Part shown: piece by piece, positions 1 through 9,145 of the stretch
How positions within the stretch are numbered: the stretch's first letter is position 1
Layout of the letters: the number at the start of each line of letters is the position of its first letter
NCBI GenBank assembly: GCA_031316235.1
Contig: JALDRA010000001.1
Location: 1,110,001-1,142,000, forward strand
Direction: 5' to 3'
Source: Candidatus Scalindua sp.
Lineage (GTDB): Bacteria; Planctomycetota; Brocadiia; Brocadiales; Scalinduaceae
Length of the DNA: 32,000 bases
The notes under the pieces: model-generated
What the model was told of the DNA's origin: nothing
The model's database searches: none
Seen by the model: only the letters and a program-made list of their open reading frames with translations
Translations under genes and position numbers: made by a program

Positions 1-747
1 CTTTTAAAAGAAGCCCATAGGAAGTTGTTGTCAGGGGTACGCGGCCAGAGCAAATTGCCCGGAGAGATTCGGCGAAGTCAAAACTGGATTGGCGGTTCAA
101 GCGTAAAAGATGCTCTCTTTTTTCCACCGCGCCATGAGGATTTATCGGATTTATTGACCGATCTTGAAAAGTTCTGGCACAATCGAGAACTCAATATCCC
201 AAACCACATAAAGCTTGCTATCAGCCATTATCTGTTTGAAACAATTCACCCGCTTCTTGACGGTAACGGCAGAATAGGAAGGCTGCTTATCACGTTGCAG
301 CTTGTTGATATGACTATTTTAAGGAAACCGTGTCTGTATCTTTCCGACTTTTTTGAAAGGAACAAGGGCTCGTATTATGACGCACTTACTGTGGTACGGG
401 GTTCTCATGATCTGGACCAGTGGATAAAATTTTTCTTATCAGGAGTGATTTCAACCGCCATGAACGGGAAAGCTACTCTGGAAGCGATCGTAATCCTGAG
501 AAAGCGATATGAAGAGAGAATCATGACATTAGGGAGAAAAGCCAGGACAGCACAGAATTTCCTGCTTTATCTCTTCTCAAGCCCGATTGTTTCCATCAAT
601 CAGACGGCGGAATATCTCAATGTGGGTTTTGCCGCCGGTTCAAGAATGATCGCTGATTTTCAGCGGTTTGGTTTTTTAAAAGAGGTAACAGGTTTTTCAA
701 GAAACAGATTATTCGCTTTATCTGAATATTTAGGTTTGTTTAAGTAG
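1..747 (+). CDS. Fic/DOC family protein, 5' end lies outside the window
   Basis: The frame is open from nt 1, with no stop upstream of the TTG at 25. Fic motif [12 protein letters not shown] matches HxFx(D/E)GNGRxxR. Upstream ...[23 protein letters not shown] is typical of Fic proteins. Confidence 0.85.
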   Translation, partial: LLKEAHRKLLSGVRGQSKLPGEIRRSQNWIGGSSVKDALFFPPRHEDLSDLLTDLEKFWHNRELNIPNHIKLAISHYLFETIHPLLDGNGRIGRLLITLQLVDMTILRKPCLYLSDFFERNKGSYYDALTVVRGSHDLDQWIKFFLSGVISTAMNGKATLEAIVILRKRYEERIMTLGRKARTAQNFLLYLFSSPIVSINQTAEYLNVGFAAGSRMIADFQRFGFLKEVTGFSRNRLFALSEYLGLFK

Positions 748-896
748 CTGTTGCTTTATAAATATGCCAGATGGCTGAGAAAGAAAAATTGAGACGGAAG
801 CATCAAATCTCCATAAGGCACTATAGAAAAGGTGGATTTACCAAGGTTACACTTATAGTGACATCTAGAAGGGATACACCGAATTTTAAACTGAAT

Positions 897-1061
897 CAGC
901 ATGGTTTGATTCGGCCTTTGCATGTTTTATTTGTCGCCCCAAAGCTGTCATTCCCGCAGTCTGTTGAGCGGGAATCCAGGATGAACGAGCTTCTGGATAT
1001 CCGATAAAAGCGTTCTGGTATGACAAAAGACGTCTACGCAAAAATTAACCTGACAAAGTTG
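897..1061. repeat. MITE-like element, family B (core hairpin gtcattcccgc...gcgggaatcc), copy 1
   Basis: 165 bp bracketed by a 9-bp direct repeat aaactgaat (888-896 and 1062-1070). The core ctgtcattcccgcagtctgttgagcgggaatccaggatgaacgag and the ...tatgacaaaag..ctacgcaaaaa tail recur at 1661-1808, 2249-2335 (inverted) and 24653-24820. Confidence 0.7.
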
Positions 1062-1163
1062 AAACTGAATAATTATTGATGAGATATGGGAACTTATGCA
1101 AGAAATAGCGTGATGTTTAACTGTCATTTTTTTCCCTGCTTTCGGAGGAGTAATCTCATCGGT

Positions 1164-1264
1164 GTCATGCCTGCCCCCGCTTTCGCTGGGATAAACTGCA
1201 GCAGTCGCATGATTGTCATTCCCGCCCCTGCTTACGCAGGGATAAACTCCAGCGGGAATCCAGG
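1164..1264. repeat. Two short REP-like hairpin units (family C)
   Basis: gtcatgcctgcccccgctttcgctgggataaac and gtcattcccgcccctgcttacgcagggataaactccagcgggaatccagg. Related units occur at 2163-2182 and inside hsdM (3866-3939). The ORFs over this region translate only the repeats. Confidence 0.6.
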
Positions 1265-1292
1265 AATTATGTAAAGGCGACAGAAACAAGAT

Positions 1293-1583
1293 ATGAAACA
1301 ATATTACGTCTACATACTGGCAAGCAAAAGGAATGGCACCTTATACATTGGTATAACAAATGATTTAATTCGTCGAGTTTATGAGCACAAAAATAATTTG
1401 GTAGAAGGTTTCACAAAAAAGTATAGAGTGCATCGTCTCGTCCATTTTGAGTCGACATTAGATGTAAAGGCGGCTATAGAGAGAGAAAAATGTATTAAGA
1501 GATGGAAGCGCTCATGGAAAATAGAATTGATAGAGGAACATAATCCTGAATGGAAAGATTTGTATTATGAAATAATTGAATAA
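1293..1583 (+). CDS. GIY-YIG nuclease family protein (small, stand-alone)
   Basis: N-terminal YYVYILASKRNGTLYIGITNDLIRRVYEH (GIY..YIG motifs) and conserved REKCIKRWKRSWK tail. 96 aa is the typical size for this family. Confidence 0.85.
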   Translation: MKQYYVYILASKRNGTLYIGITNDLIRRVYEHKNNLVEGFTKKYRVHRLVHFESTLDVKAAIEREKCIKRWKRSWKIELIEEHNPEWKDLYYEIIE

Positions 1584-1660
1584 TACTGGACCGCTGATCG
1601 GGTTTATCCCTAAGAAGTCAGGAGCAGGTGTAGTGCATCGGTCCAAAGCAAATAACTAAT

Positions 1661-1808
1661 CAGGATTGTCCGATAAGGTTTTTGCGGGTATTATATTCGT
1701 TGCCACAACGCTGTCATTCCCGCAGTCTGTTGAGCGGGAATCCAGGATGAACGAGCCTTTGAATATTCGACAATATGTTCATGAATAGCAAAACCTAACT
1801 GGATTACG
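1661..1808. repeat. MITE-like element, family B, copy 2
   Basis: Same core as 897-1061. The ends tgtccgataaggtttttgc / gcaaaacctaactgga form an imperfect TIR. No clear TSD was seen. Confidence 0.55.
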
Positions 1809-1832
1809 TTAAGGCTTTCAAATATTGAATTC

Positions 1833-1989
1833 TATATAGTGTTTGAACGAAAACTACCCATCTACTGCGTTGCTGCAATAATTTCGCAATCCTCAAGTAC
1901 AATTGTACGTTCCGGTTACGAAATTATTGAGCGCCTAGTACCTAGGCACTTTTCATTCAAACACAGGGTTTTCGTTCAGACACTATATA
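1833..1989. repeat. Long palindromic element, family E, copy 1
   Basis: The terminal arms tatatagtgtttgaacgaaaactaccc / agggttttcgttcagacactatata are complementary. The internal sequence matches 28194-28313 and, inverted, 22541-22776. Confidence 0.65.
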
Positions 1990-2162
1990 ATAATGCATTG
2001 ACCTGGACACCTGTTTTCACAGGTGTGACAAGTATACTGAGTTATGTGAAGGTTGAAACCGTATGAGTTTAATTGAGACATTGTGGATTAATCCGTTTAC
2101 TAAATATTGAGTAAACGTTATTACTGCTACCCATATTATTGCTGATGCAGACCCACCAATGT

Positions 2163-2182
2163 CATGCCTGCGAAAGCAGGCA
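2163..2182. repeat. Isolated perfect hairpin unit (atgcctgc-gaaa-gcaggcat)
   Basis: 8-bp perfect stem with a GAAA loop. It has the same flavour as the family C units. Confidence 0.5.
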
Positions 2183-2248
2183 TCCATGAACGTCACATAT
2201 TCTGGCAGGGTTGCTGGAATATGAAACGAAATAATTTACTGAGTTTTT

Positions 2249-2335
2249 CAACATTGTCCGGTTTGTTTTTGCAATTCCTGAATGTCTTGGTAAGTATCCT
2301 GGATTCCCGCTCAACAGACTGCGGGAATGACAGCG
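2249..2335. repeat. Family B element, partial, inverted orientation
   Basis: caacattgtccggtttgtttttgc (TIR-like) followed by atcctggattcccgctcaacagactgcgggaatgacagcg, the reverse complement of the family B core. The far end is replaced by the next repeat. Confidence 0.55.
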
Positions 2336-2360
2336 TCTGGAGAGAGGAAAAGGACATAGT

Positions 2361-2459
2361 CTCACGCAGCGCCGCAGAGATCGCCAGGAAAAACAATATT
2401 AAATAAATAAATTAAAGATAAAATTATTGTATCTCTTTGCGTTCTTCGCTTTGCGTGAG
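2361..2459. repeat. Empty IR hairpin related to the IRs that bracket GxxExxY cassettes (family D)
   Basis: ctcacgcagcgccgcagagat (2361-2381) pairs with atctctttgcgttcttcgctttgcgtgag (2431-2459) around an AT-rich loop. The arms resemble ttaacgcagaggcgcggaggtcgcagagat at 28808 and 24984. Confidence 0.45.
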
Positions 2460-2485
2460 TATTACAAATTTAAAAGGACCTGATT

Positions 2486-4120
2486 ATGCTGACACCAAAA
2501 ATGAAATCACTGATCAATCAGCTCTGGGATAATTTCTGGAGCGGCGGGATTGCAAATCCCCTGACGGCAATAGAACAGATTTCGTATCTGTTATTTATGA
2601 GACGGCTCGACGAAGTAGATTTAAAGCTTAAGAAGGACGCTGAATGGACCGGCGAGAAATACACCTCGCTCTTTGACGGCACATTTCAATCACCTCAGAT
2701 GAATAAAAAGATTGATAAACAGACACTCCGCTGGAGCCATTTCAAACAGCTCGAAGGCGGCGAGATGCTTACGCACGTACAGACCGAAGTCTTCCCCTTC
2801 ATCAAGCAGGCTAATGGCAAAGAGAGTGTATTCGCAAAATACATGGCTGATGCCGTCTTCATCATTCCCAAGCCTTCACTCCTGATTGAGGCCGTAACCA
2901 TTATTGACGCGTTGTACGCGGAGATCGAAGGACAGACACAGGCCGGGCAGACATTTCATGACACCCAGGGAGATATGTACGAATTCTTGCTATCTGAGAT
3001 TTCCGCATCCGGTAAAAACGGGCAGTTCCGAACGCCAAGGCATATCATCAAACTCATGTGTGAACTGGTAAGCCCGAAGATTGGCGAGACGATCGGCGAC
3101 CCAGCCTGCGGCACCGGAGGTTTTCTGCTCGGTGCCTATCACTATATCCTGACAACCCATACCACCAAGAAACTTATCACAAAAGATGAAGATGGTTTTG
3201 AGCGCGGTTTTGGCGATAAGCTTACGGATGAACGTTTGTGGACGGCGCTCAGGGAAAAGACCTTTTTCGGCTACGACTTTGATACCACCATGGTGCGTAT
3301 CGGCCTGATGAACCTCCTGCTCCATGGAATCACCCACCCGAATATTGAACGTGTTGATACCCTTTCAAAAAAATATAATGAGGACGATCAGTATGATGTG
3401 ATCCTCGCCAATCCGCCATTTAAGGGCAGTATCGACAAAGGTGATATCAACGAAGGTCTCTCGCTCAAAACGACAAAGACAGAACTCCTCTTCGTGAACC
3501 GCCTGATCAATTCACTGAAAGTAGGCGGACGTGCGTCTGTGATCGTGCCGGACGGAGTGTTATTTGGTTCTTCAAACGCGCATAAGAGTCTGCGGAAGAT
3601 GCTGATTGAAGAGTGCGAGCTGCAGGGTGTTGTCTCCATGCCTTCAGGTGTATTCAAGCCGTACGCCGGGGTCAGCACCGCAATTCTTGTATTCATAAAA
3701 GGCGGCACAACCGAGCGTGTCTGGTTCTACGATATGCAGGCAGACGGCTATTCGCTGGATGATAAACGCGACAGAATAGTGGCAAATGACCTTCCTGACA
3801 TAGTGGAAGAGTGGAATCGTAGGGGCACCGTGCACCGTGCCTGGGAAGGAAACGACCACCCCCATGTCATCCCGGGCGAAGACCCGGGATCCAGGAAGGC
3901 CCGCACAGATGACATTCCCGACTCCGATCGGGAATCCAGAAAAAAGAAACACTTCTTTGTGCCGGTCAATGAAATCATCGACAACAACTATGACCTGAGT
4001 ATCAACCGATATAAAGAGATTGACTATACACCGCCTAAGTATGATAAGCCGGAAGTTATTTTAAGAAACATAAAAAAATTAGAGAAAGAGATTTTTTCTG
4101 ATTTGGAAGAATTAAAGTAG
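2486..4120 (+). CDS. hsdM: Type I restriction-modification system DNA methyltransferase subunit M
   Basis: HsdM-type N-terminus (LWDNFWSGGIANPLTAIEQISYLLFMRRLDE), SAM motif DPACGTGGFLL and catalytic NPPF (ILANPPFKG). The stop lies 2 nt before the hsdS start. Confidence 0.93.
   Translation: MLTPKMKSLINQLWDNFWSGGIANPLTAIEQISYLLFMRRLDEVDLKLKKDAEWTGEKYTSLFDGTFQSPQMNKKIDKQTLRWSHFKQLEGGEMLTHVQTEVFPFIKQANGKESVFAKYMADAVFIIPKPSLLIEAVTIIDALYAEIEGQTQAGQTFHDTQGDMYEFLLSEISASGKNGQFRTPRHIIKLMCELVSPKIGETIGDPACGTGGFLLGAYHYILTTHTTKKLITKDEDGFERGFGDKLTDERLWTALREKTFFGYDFDTTMVRIGLMNLLLHGITHPNIERVDTLSKKYNEDDQYDVILANPPFKGSIDKGDINEGLSLKTTKTELLFVNRLINSLKVGGRASVIVPDGVLFGSSNAHKSLRKMLIEECELQGVVSMPSGVFKPYAGVSTAILVFIKGGTTERVWFYDMQADGYSLDDKRDRIVANDLPDIVEEWNRRGTVHRAWEGNDHPHVIPGEDPGSRKARTDDIPDSDRESRKKKHFFVPVNEIIDNNYDLSINRYKEIDYTPPKYDKPEVILRNIKKLEKEIFSDLEELK
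3866..3939 (+). repeat. Two hairpin repeat units embedded in-frame in hsdM
   Basis: gtcatcccgggcgaagacccgggatccagg and gacattcccgactccgatcgggaatccag. These are the same unit type as families B/C and are translated as VIPGEDPGSR...DIPDSDRESR without breaking the ORF. Confidence 0.65.
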
Positions 4121-4122
4121 AT

Positions 4123-5313
4123 ATGAGAATTAAAGAGGCAATAAAAGATAAAATTACTGGTGAATGGGGCGATGAGGATGACGTTGGTCTTGGAGTGCAG
4201 GTTTTACGAACAACCAATTTCACCAATACTGGACGAATAAGTTATGAAAAAGTTGTTAAGAGAAAAATTTCCAATAGTCTTATTGAAAAGAAGAAGCTTT
4301 TGCCAGGTGATATAATAATAGAAAAATCGGGAGGAAGTCCTAATCAACCAGTAGGACGTGTAGTTTTTTTTGACAATAATAACGAGCTGTTTTTGTGCAA
4401 TAATTTTACCGCTATCTTGCGGCCTTCTGAACGATTAGTTCCAAAATATTTTTTCTATGACTTATTTTACAAGCATTTAAGCCAAGTAACACTGAAGTAT
4501 CAGAATAAGACAACGGGAATTATTAATTTGCAGCTTGATAGGTATTTAGATGAAAAAATTAATGTGCCATCCTTTGATAAACAAAAGCAAATCGTCCAAA
4601 CCCTCGACACAGCCGACACCCTCCTCCAGAAACGCAGAGAACAGCTCAATCTTCTCGATGATTACCTTAAATCCGTCTTTTTCGAAATGTTTGGTGATCC
4701 GGTGCTTAATGATAAGAAATGGGAAACTACATATCTAGATTCTGTAATTGATAGTATAGACAGTGGATGGAGTCCTGTTTGTCTTAATACCCAGAGACGA
4801 TCGGATGAAATCCCTGTTATTTTGAAATTAGGCGCTGTTACTTACTGCTATTTTAATCCGAAAAACCACAAAGTCATTCCTGCGAATATAAAAATAGAAA
4901 AAAGAGTAGAAGTAAAAAAACATGAATTGTTATTTACGAGAAAGAATACAAAAGAGCTTGTTGCTGCTTCAGCATTTATTTTTGATTGTGAAAGAAACTT
5001 GTTATTGCCAGATACAATCTTTCGATTGAATTATAAGAAAGAATTGGTAAATGGGATTTATTTGTGGAAATTGTTTGTTGAAGAAGGATTTCGTAGGGTT
5101 ATACAAAATCTTGCATCTGGCAGTGCTGGTTCAATGCCAAATATATCTAAGGAAAAATTGAGGAAATTATTAATCCCTATTCCTCCATTGCAACTACAAA
5201 ACAAATTCGCTTCAATCGTTGAACAAGTCGAACAAACAAAACAAAAAATGAGCGCGTCATTAGACGAAATGAACAACCACTTCAACGCCCTTATGCAGAG
5301 GTATTTTGGATGA
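4123..5313 (+). CDS. hsdS: Type I restriction-modification system specificity subunit S
   Basis: Two variable TRD halves are separated by the conserved central helix LDTADTLLQKRREQLNLLDDYLKSVFFEMFGDP. The gene ends in the conserved helix KFASIVEQVEQTKQKMSASLDEMNNHFNALMQRYFG and is tightly coupled to hsdM. Confidence 0.9.
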   Translation: MRIKEAIKDKITGEWGDEDDVGLGVQVLRTTNFTNTGRISYEKVVKRKISNSLIEKKKLLPGDIIIEKSGGSPNQPVGRVVFFDNNNELFLCNNFTAILRPSERLVPKYFFYDLFYKHLSQVTLKYQNKTTGIINLQLDRYLDEKINVPSFDKQKQIVQTLDTADTLLQKRREQLNLLDDYLKSVFFEMFGDPVLNDKKWETTYLDSVIDSIDSGWSPVCLNTQRRSDEIPVILKLGAVTYCYFNPKNHKVIPANIKIEKRVEVKKHELLFTRKNTKELVAASAFIFDCERNLLLPDTIFRLNYKKELVNGIYLWKLFVEEGFRRVIQNLASGSAGSMPNISKEKLRKLLIPIPPLQLQNKFASIVEQVEQTKQKMSASLDEMNNHFNALMQRYFG

Positions 5314-5412
5314 AAGGATAATATAAGGCAAGAATACATGGGTTAAAGATTAATAATTTTAGAGGAATGAAAGCTTGTTATCTAATATCTTGTATATGTC
5401 TCGGAGAAATTA

Positions 5413-6165
5413 TTGATGAATAAAGGAATTGAATATCTGAAATTACTTTGGTCAGATCAGTGGAAAACTAAATATGGATTAGTTTTGGCTTCCATTCTAT
5501 TGGCTTTCGTTTCATCTGGTAGTACTATTACAATACTTAAACTATTAAATGTGAAAGAAAAAACATTTTTAATAGTATTATGTGCACTCTTAATGCCACA
5601 ATTGTTACATCTCCTTGTATGGTACTTTTGCTCGGGTAGGATATTTATAACTAATTCGAAATTTACTGTGGTTTTTTGCTTAGCTGGTAAGGATCTACAG
5701 AGTGAAGGAAAGAGTGACAGTTACATTCAAAATGCTATATCAATACTAAAAGGAGAGTTAGAAAAGTTAGGATTATTGGAAAAAATCAATCTAAAGTCAA
5801 TTGGTCAAGATATTATTAAAACAAAAGAAGATGCACTTGATTATAGAGAAAAATATGATATAGATCTTATTATTTGGGGAAAAGTCTATTCTGGTTCAAA
5901 AGAGAAACAAGAAGTATGCGACTTTAAAAAAATATTTTTCACCTGTAAAATGCCTTCCTATATGTTACAAGCCAATCTATCCGACCTTTTTAAAAAAGAT
6001 ATAAATATAGCATTAGTTGGTCGAGATTGGAATATATACGAGGTTAATAGCCTTCCAGATATAGAAAAAATTTCAGGACATCTTAATGAGGTCATAATGT
6101 ATATCTTGGGTATAATTTATTGCCAGTACTATGAATATGCTGAAGATTCTGCCATAATACTTGAA
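5413..6165 (+). pseudogene. N-terminal 251 codons of a membrane/helical-repeat protein gene interrupted by IS copy 1
   Basis: The ORF runs into the IS. The last three pre-insertion codons ata ctt gaa (ILE) are the 9-bp target duplication. Two hydrophobic helices lie near the N-terminus. Confidence 0.75.
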
Positions 6166-6192
6166 GGGTGCATTCCCAATTTATTGTAAAAT

Positions 6193-7611
6193 TTATTTAA
6201 CAATTCGAAGACTTCTCTTAAATTTTTTATTTTTAATTCTTTCCTGGTCGTCCCTTTTGTATTTTTCGATAACTTTATCGTAAGTACCGTTATATTTCGC
6301 GCATCTGATCTTGAGTATGTTATTAGCGTTTTGGATATACCACCAAGCTCCTGATCGTTTAAGCCTTGTATGGCTAATGAATTTATTGGCGCTTTCAATA
6401 GCACCGCTGCCAATGTGATATCCTCCACGCTTGGCGGAACTGTAATCCATCTTTTCACAATGATTTGTGAGATAGGTATAAAACTTGTCAATTTTATCTT
6501 GAATATCTTGAGTTCGGGCTTTCATCTTTCCAAGACCGCCAAGCACCTCTTCATGGTAACCATAATATATTCTTGTCAGAGTCGCCTCACACCACTGTAG
6601 AGACTCTCTTGTCTCTTTTCCGTAATGGGCATTGGCTACACCATGGACATACTCCGAGCAATGGTAATAGTCGAGAATCTCTTTTGCCGAGGGAAATATT
6701 TCTTTACATCGGTTCCAGATCCAGGGAGCACCGTCTCCTATAATTCCCAGGCGTATCTTCTCGTGGGGAATAAGCCCGGCTTCTTTGATCTTAACCAAGT
6801 ATTCTGCTAATTCGTGATCTGCACAAACCTGGTGCCAGCTAATTAAATGAATAATAGTTTGACCATCGATGAGATACAGTCTAAAACCTTTAATCTCTTT
6901 GTATTCTCCCTTGCCTCTTTTCCCTTTACGGGGGTGAGGACTTGGCTCGGGACGCATCGGCCCGTGGGCTCCATCCAGGGCAAGCATCATAATGGGACGA
7001 CGAAACTTATCCACTGAGAGGTTTTCTATCTGCTTATCAATCTCTTCCCTGGGCGGGCAGACATCCAAAATTCCCACTTCTTGACCAATGGCATTCGTGG
7101 TCTCATGCATATGATGTTCACTCAGCTTTACTCCGGTTATTCTCTCGTAGGTTTCGCTGGCCGTCTCATAGGCCGTTTCGCTTGACAACCAGGCTTCCAC
7201 ATCTTGCACATCATATTGCTTCGATGATTCAGACAATCCAAGGGCTTCGTCTAAAGGATAGTATCCTAAACGACACGCTCTGCAATAAAAATAAGGCCTG
7301 GTTAATTCAAATTGTCCGGCAAGGGTTTGGATAGTCTTGGATTGTTTTCCTTGTCTTTGCATACCCTTGCCGCATTCGGGGCAATCGCAGCTTTGCTGAT
7401 TCAATAAATGTCCAAATTTCCTCTCTATGAACCCAAGAATCAGTTGTCCTAATATCTCCGCTCTCTCTTCGAAAACAGCTTTTGAGATTTCTCCTAAATC
7501 TTCCATTGAGTACTCTTCCTCAATCTTATCCAATCGGGTGTCTAAAAAACCATAAAATAAAGCTCTCCAGTTATCGGATGACTCTATCTTTCTTTTCACC
7601 ACACAAGTCAA
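6193..7611 (-). CDS. DDE transposase (layout recalls the ISKra4 family; family assignment unverified)
   Basis: 472 aa. Cys pairs CDCPECG and YCRACR precede candidate DDE-region motifs LALDGAH, IIGDGAPWIWN and ILDYYHCSEYV. The ORF lies inside IR-bounded element ends. Confidence 0.85.
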   Translation of the reverse strand: MTCVVKRKIESSDNWRALFYGFLDTRLDKIEEEYSMEDLGEISKAVFEERAEILGQLILGFIERKFGHLLNQQSCDCPECGKGMQRQGKQSKTIQTLAGQFELTRPYFYCRACRLGYYPLDEALGLSESSKQYDVQDVEAWLSSETAYETASETYERITGVKLSEHHMHETTNAIGQEVGILDVCPPREEIDKQIENLSVDKFRRPIMMLALDGAHGPMRPEPSPHPRKGKRGKGEYKEIKGFRLYLIDGQTIIHLISWHQVCADHELAEYLVKIKEAGLIPHEKIRLGIIGDGAPWIWNRCKEIFPSAKEILDYYHCSEYVHGVANAHYGKETRESLQWCEATLTRIYYGYHEEVLGGLGKMKARTQDIQDKIDKFYTYLTNHCEKMDYSSAKRGGYHIGSGAIESANKFISHTRLKRSGAWWYIQNANNILKIRCAKYNGTYDKVIEKYKRDDQERIKNKKFKRSLRIVK

Positions 7612-7634
7612 AAATACCCCCTTTCAAAAGACTT

Positions 7635-8300
7635 CTATCGCTCCCTGAATACATCTATGGCGAATAGTAACGCCTGACGTTCTAATACAGGCATGGATTT
7701 AAGTTTCGCTGTCCACCTTTTGGTCTTCCTCTTTATCCGTTCCCGCTCACGAAAGTTATTGCCAAGATAACGATAGTCGTGCAGTCCTACCGGAACACTA
7801 TAGTTCATCCATAACCACTCCGTTGCTACGCCATGATGACAGACGGCCTGAAAAGAATGTGTCTGCCAGCTACGCAATGATTCTTTGTATAAGGTTGACT
7901 CGTAACCGGATATCATCACCATGCAGGGAAGAGTTTTCAAAACTTCCAAAAGTTCGATGTGCTGCGCACGGCTATAGTCATATTTATATAGCCGTCCATA
8001 CTTTTTCCTTGTCTCGCGAAGATATGGTGGGTCACAATATACCAGTTCTTTTCCTGTGAAATGATAATTATTCAGATAATTAATTGCGTCATCATGGACC
8101 AGTTCAAAACCTATTGGATGCATATTTGTCCACATCTCAACAACTTCCGAGTCAATTTCTATCCCAAAATTACTCCTGGCAGGTCGTTTGTTCCGTATAA
8201 CAGCGCCACCACCCAAATGAGTCTCTATGTAGACATCATGGGGTGGCATAAGATTGATTAACTTTTGGAATACACCTCCTTTGCCGCCTGGATAATTCAT
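7635..8300 (-). CDS. N6-adenine DNA methyltransferase, D12/Dam-like, passenger gene of the IS
   Basis: N-terminal YPGGKG, SAM-binding-like ETHLGGGAV and catalytic DPPY (VYCDPPYL). It has the same orientation as the transposase and lies 23 nt upstream of it, inside the IRs. Confidence 0.78.
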   Translation of the reverse strand: MNYPGGKGGVFQKLINLMPPHDVYIETHLGGGAVIRNKRPARSNFGIEIDSEVVEMWTNMHPIGFELVHDDAINYLNNYHFTGKELVYCDPPYLRETRKKYGRLYKYDYSRAQHIELLEVLKTLPCMVMISGYESTLYKESLRSWQTHSFQAVCHHGVATEWLWMNYSVPVGLHDYRYLGNNFRERERIKRKTKRWTAKLKSMPVLERQALLFAIDVFRER

Positions 8301-8375
8301 GGAAGAATTATCGTTGAAAACAACGAGGAAGTCAAGATCTTTTATTATATTTTACAAAAAATCGGGAATGCTCCC

Positions 8376-9026
8376 ATACTTGAAAGACTTCTTGAGATCC
8401 TCACTACGCAAACAGCAGGAGAAAGAATTAAGGAAGATAAGGAGAAAAAGTCTGTAAAATTGTCGTCACCAATGTTCCGTAAAGGTCGTATACTTGCAAT
8501 ACTTTTAATTACTTATAAGAAATTGGGTTTTAGTTTTTTTGTTACAAAAAAATATGATAAAAGCTTTTTTTATCTAAATAAATTTATTTCTTATGAGAAA
8601 AAAGACATTGATGCACTTGCAATACTAGCTGAATGTTCTTTCTATTTACGAAATGACATACAAAATTCCAAGATGTACACAGATGAAATAAAAAAAGCTG
8701 ATAAGTATAATGAAATATATCATTTTAATAGCGCTTTTTTTGGTATCTGGAATAAAAACTACCAGAGTGCATTATTCTTTTATAAAGAAACATTAAAACA
8801 GGGAAGGAATATTTCTCCATATATTGTTACGAAAGTAATTGCTTTTTTAGATGAAAGAAAAACAAATAATCCGCAAGAACTTGCTTATGATTTTGCTATT
8901 GGATTCCTTAATTATCATTTTAGTCAAAAAAAAATAGGTAACCGTGAATTAAAGGACTTTGTAAAAAAAGCTAAAAATAAAACTGAATATTATGAAATGG
9001 TAAGTTATGTTAAACAGAACATATAG
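8376..9026 (+). pseudogene. C-terminal 213 codons of the gene interrupted by IS copy 1
   Basis: After the IS, the TSD ata ctt gaa is followed in the same frame by RLLEILTTQ... The listed ORF 8265-9026 begins inside the IS, so its first ~37 codons are IS read-through. Confidence 0.75.
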
Positions 9027-9145
9027 AATGTGCTTATTGAATAATATGCGCAACAGACAATTATTATGCAATCATTTTTTTGAGAAGAGTTTGTTTGTAT
9101 AGGGCGGAGGAGGAGATGAAAGTCAGGAGTAAAATTAATCGGAAT

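Larger units (their letters stand above)
6166..8375 (-). mobile_element. Insertion sequence (2,210 bp) carrying a DDE transposase plus a Dam-like methyltransferase, copy 1
   Basis: The left end gggtgcattcccaatttattgtaaaat matches the reverse complement of the right end, gggagcattcccgattttttgtaaaat, at 24/27. The 9-bp TSD atacttgaa lies at 6157-6165 and 8376-8384. An identical copy lies at 25371-27580. Confidence 0.93.

Noticed and set aside
771-1301. ORFs 771-1007 (+), 948-1301 (-) and 1086-1274 (+)
   Set aside because: They only translate palindromic repeat units, giving peptides such as SFPQSVERESRMNE and VIPAPAYAGINSSGNPG. They overlap each other on both strands and have no RBS or known domain.
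946-2335. Possibility that the recurring gtcattcccgc...gcgggaatcc units form a CRISPR array
   Set aside because: The units are internally palindromic, irregularly spaced, in mixed orientation and embedded in larger MITE-like elements. There are no uniform spacers or cas genes.
1839-2406. ORFs 1839-2066, 2162-2365, 2164-2406 and 2193-2396
   Set aside because: They lie entirely within family E, B, C and D repeats upstream of hsdM. They are mutually overlapping and repeat-derived.
6129-6491. 120-aa ORF (and twin 25343-25696) plus small + strand ORFs inside the IS
   Set aside because: These are alternative-frame or antisense shadows of the transposase and methyltransferase genes. They cross the IS boundary, so their ends differ between the two copies.
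8265-9026. 253-aa ORF treated as an intact gene
   Set aside because: Its first ~37 codons are read-through from the IS right end and the target duplication. It is the 3' part of the gene that starts at 5413.
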